DNA from: Thalassospiraceae bacterium
GTDB taxonomy: Bacteria > Pseudomonadota > Alphaproteobacteria > Rhodospirillales > Casp-alpha2
NCBI GenBank assembly: GCA_038100295.1
Contig: JAYNVG010000024.1
Span: 1 to 32,000, forward strand
Direction of reading: 5' to 3'
DNA length: 32,000 nt
Part shown: one piece after another, positions 17,132-26,023 of the stretch
Numbering within the stretch: position 1 is the stretch's first letter
Layout of the letters: every line of letters begins with the position of its first letter
The notes under the pieces: model-generated
The model's database searches: none
Told to the model about the DNA's origin: nothing
What the model saw: the letters and a program-made list of their open reading frames with translations, nothing else
Translations under genes and position numbers: made by a program

Positions 17132-17450
17132 TTTGCGTCCTTAAGGCGTCGGTTTGGCCACAGAATTAGCCGAGGCAGCGGAAGCTGTCGACAGCAATCG
17201 TGGTAAAGTGCTGGAATTCCGCGCTTTTCCGACTCACTCAGCGCGTTAACACGCCATTAATTTCTTGCAACAAAATGACCAAGTGGATACGGTTTTACCT
17301 CGACGAGACGAAGCGGCGCCGGGGTGAATTCGCTTTAATCCGTCCAATAACAACATCCGGGAAACTTCCTGTGTTTCCGGGGCGATAATAAATTGTTCAT
17401 TCGGTCTAATCCGAAGACGATAATAGGGTGCGTTTAGGGGGTGTGTGAGT

Positions 17451-18776
17451 ATGCGGGATTGGGGTGAAAAGGAGACTTTCCGGAGTCGAATGCGGCGCTT
17501 CGTCAACCGCGTTTTCCCGGAACGTCAGATTCACCTTCGCACACGCGGCCGTATCAGCTTCTTCCGTATTCCCCAGTGGTTCCAGGTTTCCTCGACCGTA
17601 TTCGTCGCCGCTTTCACCTGCTGGATCGGTTATTCGACCTTCAGCTACATCCAGCATGACGAGATCGTCGGTGCCAAGAATTCGATGATCGCAGATGCCC
17701 GTCAGGCGTATGACGACCTGCTGTCCGATGTCTCCGCCTATCAGCGCCGTTTCGTGGAACTGACGCGCGAGCTTGAAGATAACCACAATCTTATGCTCAG
17801 CCTGGTGGAGCGTAACGCGACCTTGCAACGCAGCCTGTCGACCGTCGAGAAACGCCTTGAGAACACCGAGAGCGAACGTGAAAACGTCGCCGATGCCCGT
17901 GAAGTCCTGCGAGACAAACTGGCGCGCCTGGAAAACGACATGCGCTCGCTGTCGACCAAGAACTTCTCGCTCCGCGACAACCTGATGACCGTCGAGACGG
18001 ACCTGCAGACCGTGGTCCGCGAGCGTGACGAAGCGCATCAACGCAATACCAACCTGCAGACCCAGGTGGCGTTGCTCGAGGATCGCCTGAACAACCTGCA
18101 GATGGCACAGGATACCGCCGTCGAGAAAATGACCGAGCGGACGATGGCATACATCGGTTCGCTTGAGAAAGTCGTCGAAATCACTGGAATCGAGGTCGAT
18201 AGACTGCTGGCATCGTCCAACGGTATCGTCGGTAAGGTGGCGCAGGGCGGTCCGTTCATTCCGATCAAGCCGGACGAGGCCGGCGGCCAGTTGATGCAGA
18301 AGCTGACCCGCCTCGACGATCATCTCGGCCAGTGGGAAACCCTGCAGGCGGTGATGGCACGGCTGCCGCTGGCGGCTCCGCTGAACACATATTATGTGAC
18401 CAGTTCCTTCGGAAAACGCCGTGACCCGATGAACAAGCGCTGGTCGGCGCATTACGGCGTTGATTTCGGTGGGCCTGTACGTTCTCCGGTTTTTGCACCG
18501 GCGGCTGGTGTCGTCAAAAAAGCCGGTACCAAAGGCAACTATGGCCGCTTTATCGAAATTGATCACGGCTCGGGCATCGTGACCCGTTATGGCCATCTGA
18601 ACAAAATCCTGGTCAAGCGCGGCGACAAGATCGACTTCCGTCAGAAAATCGCCGAGCTCGGCAGTTCCGGGCGTAGCACCGGGCCTCATCTGCATTACGA
18701 AATCGTTTTCAACGGCAAACCGAAGGACCCGATGCGGTTCATCAAGGCGGGACGGCATGTTTTCCAAAAGCAATAA
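17451..18776 (+). CDS. Bitopic M23 family metalloendopeptidase with long coiled-coil region (LmdC-like)
   Basis: ATG 17451 has AGGGGG 10 nt upstream. The product has a basic N-terminal tail, one TM helix (VSSTVFVAAFTCWIGYSTF), about 200 aa of heptad-like sequence and a C-terminal M23 domain with HYGVD and HLHYE metal ligands. Confidence 0.85.
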   Translation: MRDWGEKETFRSRMRRFVNRVFPERQIHLRTRGRISFFRIPQWFQVSSTVFVAAFTCWIGYSTFSYIQHDEIVGAKNSMIADARQAYDDLLSDVSAYQRRFVELTRELEDNHNLMLSLVERNATLQRSLSTVEKRLENTESERENVADAREVLRDKLARLENDMRSLSTKNFSLRDNLMTVETDLQTVVRERDEAHQRNTNLQTQVALLEDRLNNLQMAQDTAVEKMTERTMAYIGSLEKVVEITGIEVDRLLASSNGIVGKVAQGGPFIPIKPDEAGGQLMQKLTRLDDHLGQWETLQAVMARLPLAAPLNTYYVTSSFGKRRDPMNKRWSAHYGVDFGGPVRSPVFAPAAGVVKKAGTKGNYGRFIEIDHGSGIVTRYGHLNKILVKRGDKIDFRQKIAELGSSGRSTGPHLHYEIVFNGKPKDPMRFIKAGRHVFQKQ

Positions 18777-19221
18777 GAAACCGGCAGCCGACACGAAACC
18801 CGTCCCACCGCCGGCACCTCCCTCCATCATCAGCCGCGATCTCAGCATCGTCGGCGATCTGCTGAGCGACGGCGAAATCCAGATCGACGGCAAGGTCAAC
18901 GGCGACATTCGGGCCCGCATCCTAATCGTCGGCGAATCCGCCAAGGTCAAAGGCGAGATCGTGGCAGAAACATGCCATGTGCTTGGCCGGGTCAATGGTC
19001 AGATCAAGGCCAAGGTCGTCAAGCTTGCCGACACCGCGCACGTCGTCGGTGATATTCTGCACGAGGACCTGTCGATCGAGACCGGTGCCTTCCTAGAAGG
19101 TCACTGCAAACGGATGGTCATCCCCGAAGACGTGCACAAGGCGGAAAAGGAAGCTGCCGCCGAAGCCGCTAAACAGAAATCCCAATCGGCTCAGAAACCG
19201 GTCCCCGCGACCGCGAAATAG
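18757..19221 (+). CDS. Bactofilin family cytoskeletal protein
   Basis: The repetitive beta-helical DUF583 pattern is present (IISRDLSIVGDLLSDGEIQIDGKVNGDIRARILIVGESAKVKGEIVAETCHVLGRVNGQIKAKVVKLADTAHVVGDILHEDLSIETGAFLEG). The N- and C-terminal tails are Pro/Ala-rich. It overlaps the M23 gene by 20 nt. Confidence 0.85.
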   Translation: MFSKSNKKPAADTKPVPPPAPPSIISRDLSIVGDLLSDGEIQIDGKVNGDIRARILIVGESAKVKGEIVAETCHVLGRVNGQIKAKVVKLADTAHVVGDILHEDLSIETGAFLEGHCKRMVIPEDVHKAEKEAAAEAAKQKSQSAQKPVPATAK

Positions 19222-19335
19222 CGCCAAATCAACGAAAAATACCGGGGTTTCCGGGGTATCGCTGCATTGACGAAATCGCGGCAATAACTACTATATCTCG
19301 TCATTGTCAGGTCTTCAGGCCACTAGGGGTGTGCC

Positions 19336-21621
19336 ATGAGTAAACACGTCGATCCCGAGGAAATCCGCGAAACCAGGCTCGCGGACGCGCTGTCGGAGCG
19401 ATATCTGTCCTATGCGCTCTCGACCATCATGTCGCGATCGCTGCCGGATGTGCGCGACGGACTGAAACCCGTGCACCGGCGTCTGCTGTACGCGATGCGG
19501 CAGCTCAAACTGGACCCGGCGTCGGGCTACAAGAAATGCGCGCGCGTGGTCGGTGACGTCATGGGTAAATACCACCCGCACGGCGACCAGTCGATTTACG
19601 ACGCCATGGTCCGTCTGGCACAGGAATTCGCGCAGCGCTATCCGCTGGTCGACGGGCAGGGCAACTTCGGCAATATCGACGGCGATAACGCCGCCGCCAT
19701 GCGTTACACCGAGGCCCGCCTGACCGAAGTCGCCACGCTGCTGCTCAAGGGCATCGACGAGGATGCCATCGATTTCCGCGATACCTATGACGGCGAGGAA
19801 CGCGAACCGGTCGTGCTGCCGGCCGCATTCCCTAACCTGCTGGCCAACGGAGCCGCCGGGATCGCCGTCGGTATGGCGACCAACATTCCGCCGCACAACG
19901 TCGGCGAGCTTTGCGATGCCATGCTGCATATTATCAAAACGGCAAAGCACACCACCGACGCGGTGATGAATTCCCGTGTCACCTTCGACAAGCTGGCCGA
20001 GTTCATTCCAGGCCCTGACTTCCCGACCGGGGGCGAGCTTGTGGAATCCCGCGAGAACGTCATCGAAGCCTACAAAACCGGACGTGGCAGTTTCCGCCTG
20101 CGTGCCAAGTGGGAAGCCGAAAAACTGGGGCAGGGACTTTATCAGATCGTCATCACCGACATCCCGTACCAGATTCAGAAATCACGCCTGATCGAAAAAA
20201 CGGCGGAGCTGCTGCTGGCGCGGAAACTGCCGATGCTGGCCGACATCCGAGACGAATCAGCCGAAGACGTGCGCATCGTGCTGGAGCCGAAATCGCGCAA
20301 CGTCGACCCGGAAATGCTGATGGAACATCTGTTCCGCGAAACCGACATGGAAACGCGGATCAGCCTCAACCTGAACGTGCTGAACAGCGACAATGTGCCG
20401 GGCGTAATGAACCTCCGCGAAGCGCTGGTGGCGTTTCTTGAACACCGCGAGGTCGTGCTGGTCCGCACCACCAAGTACCGCCTGGAGAAAATCGAGCACC
20501 GTCTAGAAATTCTAGGCGGTTTGCTGATCGCTTATCTCAATCTGGATGAGGTCATCCGCATCATTCGCGAAGAGGACGACGCCAAGAAAGTCCTGATGAA
20601 AACCTTCGACCTCAGCGATGTGCAGGTCGAAGCGATCCTGAACATGCGTCTGCGCCAGTTGCGCAAGCTCGAGGAAATGGAAATCCGCCAGAAAGACAAG
20701 GACCTGAAGGCGGAACGCAAGAGCCTCAGGGACCTTCTGAAGGACGAAACCAAGCGCTGGAAGACAGTCGAAGGCGAACTCAAGGACCTGAAGCAGGCGT
20801 TCGGCCCGAAAACTGATCTCGGCCGCCGCCGCACCAGGATCGGCACGCCGCCGACCACCGTCATCGTTCCCATCGAAGCAATGATCGAGAAAGAGCCGGT
20901 CACGATCGTCTATTCGGATAAAGGCTGGATTCGCGCCGCCAAGGGGCACCTCGACGATATATCCGGCCTCAAATTCAAGGAAGGCGACAAGCTCAAGTTC
21001 TGGCTGCATGCGGAGACAACGGACAAGATCCTCATCTTCGCGACGAACGGCCGCTTTTACACCATCGGCGCCGACAAGCTGCCGGGCGGGCGCGGCCACG
21101 GCGAGCCGATCCGGCTGATGGTCGATATTCCCAACGGCCACGACGTGGTTAGAATGATCAAATTCGAAGGCGGAAGGCGTTTTCTGGTCGCCTCCGACGC
21201 CGGTCGCGGCTTTATCGTGCCCGAAGACGAAGTCGCCGCGCAGACCAAGAACGGCAAGCAGGTGCTGAACGTCGGCTCCAACGAAGAAGCAACAACACTC
21301 TCCATCGTTCCCGAAGGCGCCGATCATATTGCTGTCATCGGTACCAACCGCAAACTTCTGGTGTTCCCGATGAAGTCACTTGTCGATGGCGAAATGAAGG
21401 ATGAAGTGCCGGAAATGGGGCGCGGCAAAGGGGTCATCCTGCAGCGCTACAAGGACGGCGTGCTGTCCGATGTGCAGGCGTTCAAACTGAAGGAAGGCGT
21501 GACGTGGCAGACCGGTTCCGGGGTCCGCTCCGAGACCGATCTCAAGGCCTGGCTCGGCAAGCGCGCCGGGGCCGGCTTGATCAAGCCGAAAGGGTTTCCG
21601 AACAACAACCGGTTTTCATAA
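19336..21621 (+). CDS. parC: DNA topoisomerase IV subunit A
   Basis: The type IIA A-subunit N-terminus is present ([32 protein letters not shown]...[20 protein letters not shown]...AMRYTEARL, with the catalytic Tyr in RYTE). At 761 aa and without a GyrA box, it fits ParC rather than GyrA. Confidence 0.9.
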   Translation: MSKHVDPEEIRETRLADALSERYLSYALSTIMSRSLPDVRDGLKPVHRRLLYAMRQLKLDPASGYKKCARVVGDVMGKYHPHGDQSIYDAMVRLAQEFAQRYPLVDGQGNFGNIDGDNAAAMRYTEARLTEVATLLLKGIDEDAIDFRDTYDGEEREPVVLPAAFPNLLANGAAGIAVGMATNIPPHNVGELCDAMLHIIKTAKHTTDAVMNSRVTFDKLAEFIPGPDFPTGGELVESRENVIEAYKTGRGSFRLRAKWEAEKLGQGLYQIVITDIPYQIQKSRLIEKTAELLLARKLPMLADIRDESAEDVRIVLEPKSRNVDPEMLMEHLFRETDMETRISLNLNVLNSDNVPGVMNLREALVAFLEHREVVLVRTTKYRLEKIEHRLEILGGLLIAYLNLDEVIRIIREEDDAKKVLMKTFDLSDVQVEAILNMRLRQLRKLEEMEIRQKDKDLKAERKSLRDLLKDETKRWKTVEGELKDLKQAFGPKTDLGRRRTRIGTPPTTVIVPIEAMIEKEPVTIVYSDKGWIRAAKGHLDDISGLKFKEGDKLKFWLHAETTDKILIFATNGRFYTIGADKLPGGRGHGEPIRLMVDIPNGHDVVRMIKFEGGRRFLVASDAGRGFIVPEDEVAAQTKNGKQVLNVGSNEEATTLSIVPEGADHIAVIGTNRKLLVFPMKSLVDGEMKDEVPEMGRGKGVILQRYKDGVLSDVQAFKLKEGVTWQTGSGVRSETDLKAWLGKRAGAGLIKPKGFPNNNRFS

Positions 21622-21630
21622 GCCGACCAG

Positions 21631-21840
21631 GTGAGATTGGTGATTGATCGCAGCATAGGTTACCTGCTTGGCGGTATCGTCGCTGTTCTGTCTCTCGTGG
21701 CCATTTTCATGCTGTTCGGCAGTATGCTAGTCGGTATAGTGTCGGCCATCATCGCATTTCCGCTCGCAGCCCCGCTGACAACGGCGGCCTTGCTGATCGT
21801 ACTAATTTTTGCGGGTATTTTATATCGGTGGAAACGGTGA
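21631..21840 (+). CDS. Possible small two-TM membrane protein (hypothetical)
   Basis: The 69-codon ORF has two hydrophobic helices. In-frame TTG 21637 and GTG 21640 follow an AGGTGAG RBS-like motif. I recognise no homology, and the coding call rests only on ORF length and hydrophobic periodicity. Confidence 0.3.
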   Translation: MRLVIDRSIGYLLGGIVAVLSLVAIFMLFGSMLVGIVSAIIAFPLAAPLTTAALLIVLIFAGILYRWKR

Positions 21841-21856
21841 TAACTTATTGATTATG

Positions 21857-21879
21857 CTTGATTGTCTATATCAATCAAG
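21857..21879 (+). promoter_or_regulatory. Candidate operator palindrome upstream of bioY
   Basis: The sequence cttgattg-tctatat-caatcaag is a perfect 8-bp inverted repeat around a 7-nt core. A third TTGATT half-site lies at 21848..21853. The centre ttgtctatat resembles the BioR box TTATMKATAA (8/10). It lies about 45 nt upstream of the bioY ATG. Confidence 0.4.
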
Positions 21880-21921
21880 GAATAATGAGACAAATTAGTC
21901 CATTTTTAAGGGAACTACGAT

Positions 21922-22533
21922 ATGGCACATCCGACGCATTACAGCACATTGGCCAATAACATCTGGCCGGTCACTTCGACCGAGCAACGTACATGGCTGC
22001 GCAACATCATGCTTGCCTTCGGCGGCAGCTTGCTGATGGCCATTTCCGCCAAGATCAATATTCCGTTTTACCCGGTGCCCATGACCATGCAGACGTTCAT
22101 GACGCTTTGCATCGGCATTGCGTTCGGCTGGCGTCTCGGCGGCGCGACCGTGTTGCTGTATCTTGCCGAAGGTGCCGTCGGACTTCCGGTATTCGCCGGC
22201 ACGCCCGAAAAAGGCATTGGTCTTGCCTATATGGCCGGCCCGACGGGCGGATATCTGCTCGGATTTTTCGTTGCCGCCACCGTCGTCGGCTGGCTGGCCG
22301 AAAAGGGCTGGGACCGCAACATCTTCACCACGCTGCTGGCCATGACCATCGGCACGGCGATCATCTTCGCACCCGGCGTTGCCTGGCTCGGCATGCTGTT
22401 CGGCTGGGAAAAGCCGATCCTGGAATGGGGCCTGTGGCCGTTCATGCCGGGCGCCGCGTTCAAGATCGCCCTGGCTGCTGCCGTGCTCCCGCTGACGTGG
22501 AAATACGCCGTCGGCCGGAAAAACCAGGACTAA
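21922..22533 (+). CDS. bioY: Biotin transporter BioY
   Basis: The polytopic membrane protein has INIPFYPVPMTMQTF..., GLPVFAG and GPTGGYLLGF motifs characteristic of the BioY S-component. Confidence 0.9.
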   Translation: MAHPTHYSTLANNIWPVTSTEQRTWLRNIMLAFGGSLLMAISAKINIPFYPVPMTMQTFMTLCIGIAFGWRLGGATVLLYLAEGAVGLPVFAGTPEKGIGLAYMAGPTGGYLLGFFVAATVVGWLAEKGWDRNIFTTLLAMTIGTAIIFAPGVAWLGMLFGWEKPILEWGLWPFMPGAAFKIALAAAVLPLTWKYAVGRKNQD

Positions 22534-22556
22534 GAAATGGAATGGCGGGTGGACAG

Positions 22557-23279
22557 TTATCTGTCCATCCGCTCCCAGCCATCTGGGGTGATACGCTCAA
22601 GCGGCTGGAAACGAGACTTGTAGGCCATGTTCGAGCAGCCGTCGATCCAGAACCCTAGATACATGAAAGGCAATTCCTGGCTTCGCGCTTCGCCGATCAG
22701 CCACAGGATCATGTAAGTCCCCAGGCTGCGCTCGTAGTCGCTTTCATCGAAAAAACTGTACACCGCCGACAATCCGTCACTGAGACGGTCCACCAGGCAC
22801 GCCCCGGCCAGGGCGCCGGACGGTTTGCGGAACTCCACGACCAGCGTATTGACCGGCGTATCTTCGATCAGCGCCTGGTAATCGAGAAAATCCATTTTTG
22901 ACATGTCGCCACCCTGATGCCGGGCACGCTGGTAATCGCTGAACAGCGAATACTGTTCGTGAGTTGCGATCGGCTCGACGATCTCGGCCGTCAGATCGGC
23001 ATTGCGGCGCATGATACGCTTGAACGATTTCCCGGGTTTGAATTCATCGACGACGACGCGCACGGCAACGCATGCATCGCAGCTAGGGCACGCCGGCACA
23101 TAGCAGATGCCGTGCGAACGCCGGAACCCGGCCATGGATAACTGATCGTGCAGGGCATTGGCGTCACGGCCGACAAGCTCGGTCACGACACGGCGCTCGA
23201 TCCGCCCGGGAATATACGGGCAGGGCAGGGGCGCGGTCGAAAAGAAGAACCGGGTATCGGGTAAGGCCTGATGGCGCAT
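22557..23279 (-). CDS. bpt: Arginyltransferase-like N-end-rule aminoacyl-tRNA-protein transferase (Bpt/ATE family)
   Basis: The product has CPYIPGR...E, GFRRSHGICYVPACPSCDACVAVRV and YSFFDE...LGTYMILWLIGEA..., the bacterial Bpt signature. Confidence 0.85.
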   Translation of the reverse strand: MRHQALPDTRFFFSTAPLPCPYIPGRIERRVVTELVGRDANALHDQLSMAGFRRSHGICYVPACPSCDACVAVRVVVDEFKPGKSFKRIMRRNADLTAEIVEPIATHEQYSLFSDYQRARHQGGDMSKMDFLDYQALIEDTPVNTLVVEFRKPSGALAGACLVDRLSDGLSAVYSFFDESDYERSLGTYMILWLIGEARSQELPFMYLGFWIDGCSNMAYKSRFQPLERITPDGWERMDR

Positions 23280-23369
23280 CGGCTCAATCTGCTCCTGAAT
23301 TGACCTGATCCGAAACGTTACGGCATTTCAGGGGGACAGCGCAATTCCCTCTGAGATCAGGACAGGTAA

Positions 23370-24470
23370 TCAGCGGGCGATATTCTTGTCGAGTTCCAGG
23401 CCGAGGCTTGGCAAAGCAGCGCCACCTGGCGGCGCCTTCTTCTGCTGCGACGGCACGATGGTCGTCGGCAGCTTCGGTGTGGGTGCCGGCTCTGCCTGTT
23501 CATTACGGATCTTGTTCAGGCCAGGCAAAGCTTCCGGCTCGCCGGGTTTGCCTCCGGTTTCCGATTTGGTCACGGGATTATCCTTGCCGGTACCGCGAAG
23601 CATGATGAGGGATAGCCGCCGGTTCGACGGGTGCGTCGGATTATCCGCCACCAACGGCTCGGTCGCGGCCTTACCGACGACACGGTCGAACCGGTCTTCG
23701 GGAATGCCGATCTGCATCAGCCAGCGGCGCGCAGCATTTGCACGGTCCGCCGACAGTTCCCAGTTGGAATAGTCGCCGCCGCCGCCGAAACGGGTCGAAT
23801 CCGTATGCCCGGAAATGGAGATGTTTTGCGGCAGGGTCTTGATGATCTCCGCCGCGACCTCGAGCAGGCGCTTGGTATGCAGGAACAGTTCCGCAGAGCC
23901 GCTCTGGAACATGGACAGACCGTCCTTGTCGACAAGCTGCAGGCGCAGCCCCTCCGGCGTATTGTCGATCAGCAGGCTGTCCTTCATCGCTTTCAGCTGC
24001 GGGATGCTTTCAAGGGTCGCTTCAAGCTGATCCTTGGCTTCCTCGAACTGCTGCTGTTCCTTTTGTTTCAGAACCTCGGCGGCGGCTTCCTCGTCAGGGG
24101 TGCTGCCTTCCTTGGTTTCGGCATTGTCATCGCCGCCGCTGCCCGCTTTGGGGGGCGGCAGGTCGACAGTGACACTGTCTCTGGACGTGGTGTTCTGCGC
24201 GGCGCCTTCCTCGGTGATGGTCTTGCCGCCGAGGATATCGCCGGAGCCGCTCGTCGACTGCGAAGCCGTGACCGGCGCGAAGTAGTTGGAAATGCCTTCG
24301 AGCTGTTCCTGTGTCACCGAGTTCAGCAGCCACAGCAACAGAAAGAACGCCATCATGGCGGTCACGAAGTCGGCGTAAGCGATTTTCCAGGCACCGCCGT
24401 GATGGCCGTGCCCGCCCTTGTTGATCTTCTTGATGATGATCGGGCTTTTCGCTGCGCTTTCGTCGGCCAT
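23370..24470 (-). CDS. motB: Flagellar motor stator protein MotB (OmpA-like C-terminal domain)
   Basis: The N-terminus GGAWKIAYADFVTAMMAFFLLLWLL contains the conserved Asp of the plug/TM segment. The C-terminal OmpA-like peptidoglycan-binding domain reads ISGHTDS...SNWELSADRANAARRWL...NRRLSL. There is a long Pro/Ala-rich C-terminal tail. Confidence 0.85.
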   Translation of the reverse strand: MADESAAKSPIIIKKINKGGHGHHGGAWKIAYADFVTAMMAFFLLLWLLNSVTQEQLEGISNYFAPVTASQSTSGSGDILGGKTITEEGAAQNTTSRDSVTVDLPPPKAGSGGDDNAETKEGSTPDEEAAAEVLKQKEQQQFEEAKDQLEATLESIPQLKAMKDSLLIDNTPEGLRLQLVDKDGLSMFQSGSAELFLHTKRLLEVAAEIIKTLPQNISISGHTDSTRFGGGGDYSNWELSADRANAARRWLMQIGIPEDRFDRVVGKAATEPLVADNPTHPSNRRLSLIMLRGTGKDNPVTKSETGGKPGEPEALPGLNKIRNEQAEPAPTPKLPTTIVPSQQKKAPPGGAALPSLGLELDKNIAR

Positions 24471-24482
24471 CCAGGGCCCCCG

Positions 24483-25343
24483 TTATCCCGGTGCCGGCAG
24501 GTTCTGGGTGATTTCTTCCAGCTCGGCGAAGGTCGGCCGGTATTCGTCCGGAAGAACCTTGCGGGCGAATTCGACGGACACCTGCGGGGCGTATCCCTGC
24601 ATGTGCCCCATCAGACCCATCTTCATGCACACGAAATAATGATGTTCCGCGTTATAGGCGGCTTCCAGATTCGACGCCATCGGCAGCACGAAGCCCTATG
24701 CCACGAGAATCCCCGAAAACGTACCGACCAGCGCGGCGCCGATCAGGCCGCCAAGAACTTCCGGCGGCTCGGTGATGGAACTCATGGTGACGATAACACC
24801 CAACACGGCGGCGACGATGCCGAGCGCCGGGATGGCTTCACCGATGCTGCGCATCGCCGACGAGACCATGAGTTTTTCATGGTGATGTACGTCGAGTTCC
24901 TGGTCCATGATCGCCTCAATCTCATGCGCGTTGCTCGCACCCAACGTCAGAAGGCGCAGGTAATCGCAGAAAAAGGCGATGCCATGATGGTCATGCTGGA
25001 ACTTGGGAAAGTTCGCGAAGAGGGTACTTTCGTGAGGCTTTTCAACGTGTTGCTCAAGTGCAAGATCGCCCTTGGCCTTGGCCAGACGGAACACCGAGTA
25101 AATGCAGCTCAGCAACTCGACGTAGGCGTCCTTCTTATACTTCGGTCCCTTGACCATGGTGCCGACGGACTTGAAGGCCCCCATGACGACAGGCTTCGGG
25201 TTCCCGGCCAGGAACGCCCCGAGGGCGCCACCGAGGATAATCACGTATTCGATTGGTTGCCAAAGGATGCGCAGGTCGCCGTGGACCGAGTACCCACCGA
25301 ACACGCAGCCGATAACAAGAACGATACCGATGATGAAAAACAT
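24483..25343 (-). pseudogene. motA: Flagellar motor stator protein MotA interrupted by an in-frame TAG (amber) codon
   Basis: ORFs 24696..25358 and 24483..24689 are in the same frame. They read ...GAALVGTFSGILVA-TAG-GFVLPMASNLEAAYNAEHHYF...GYAPQVSVEFARK.... E. coli MotA has ...MVGTFLGILLA-Y-GFISPLA...GYAPPIAVEFGRK at the same place. The stop (plus-strand cta at 24696..24698) therefore replaces a conserved Tyr codon by a single base change. The start is ATG 25343, with GAGAG 8 nt upstream. Confidence 0.8.
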
Positions 25344-25525
25344 CGAGCAGGCTCTCAAACGTAATTGTTCCAGCGCCCGCTTATCGCGTGGACGGGCAAG
25401 ATGACCCCTATCACCGCAATAGAGGGATTTTGTTTGAAACTCAAGTGTTTGGCTCCATTTTGGCTTAAAATTCGATATCGCCTCGACCGTTTCAATTCAC
25501 CCCGCGAGCATGCTAAATAGCGTCC

Positions 25526-26023
25526 ATGACCGTAGAACCGAACATGTTTCGCCAGGCACTCTCGAAATTCGCCAGCGGCGTCACCGTAATCAGCACCCTG
25601 ACGCCCGAAAAAGCGCCGGTGGGCGTGACTGTCAGCGCCTTCACCTCGCTGTCCCTGTCGCCACCATTGATTCTTATATGCCTCGACAGGTCAACGTCGC
25701 AATTAGGGGCTTATACGGATGGCACGTCGTTCTGCGTCAATATCCTGGCGTCCGGGCAACAGGCGATATCGAACGCTTTTGCCTATCCCGGACCGATCCC
25801 GCCCTTCGATTCGGTGCCTTACGACACCGGGCATCTGGGATTGCCGGTCATCAGGGGCACCTCGGCCAGCCTAGAATGCCGGCGCGAAGCCGTATATCCG
25901 GGCGGCGATCATGTGATCATCGTCGGTGCCGTTCTGCATGCCGGCTGGAACGACGACCTGGAGCCGTTGATCTATGCCGCCGGTGCCTACCGCAGCCTAG
26001 CAGCCCCGGGTCCGGTTGCATGA
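25526..26023 (+). CDS. Flavin reductase family protein (NAD(P)H:FMN oxidoreductase-like)
   Basis: The product has FRQALSKFASGVTVIST...VGVTVSAFTSLSLSPPLILICL...HVIIVGAV, the flavin reductase-like FMN-binding domain pattern. Confidence 0.85.
   Translation: MTVEPNMFRQALSKFASGVTVISTLTPEKAPVGVTVSAFTSLSLSPPLILICLDRSTSQLGAYTDGTSFCVNILASGQQAISNAFAYPGPIPPFDSVPYDTGHLGLPVIRGTSASLECRREAVYPGGDHVIIVGAVLHAGWNDDLEPLIYAAGAYRSLAAPGPVA

Noticed and set aside
22550-22567. A hairpin, tggacag-ttat-ctgtcca, between the convergent bioY and bpt genes; considered as a possible bidirectional terminator.
   Set aside because: The stem includes the last codons and the stop of bpt, and no U-tract follows on either strand. 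This is not enough to call a terminator.
25450-25465. A sigma54-like motif, TGGCTC-N5-tTGGCt, upstream of the flavin reductase gene.
   Set aside because: The -12 element deviates from consensus (TGGC instead of TTGC). No enhancer-binding protein gene or upstream activator sites are visible. It points away from motA, the only gene nearby that might plausibly be RpoN-dependent. It is most likely a chance match.
25510-26019. The N-terminal 170 codons of the 426-codon ORF 25510..26790.
   Set aside because: This part overlaps the flavin reductase gene in another frame and is Arg-rich nonsense. The real methyltransferase start is the ATG at 26020, coupled to the reductase stop.
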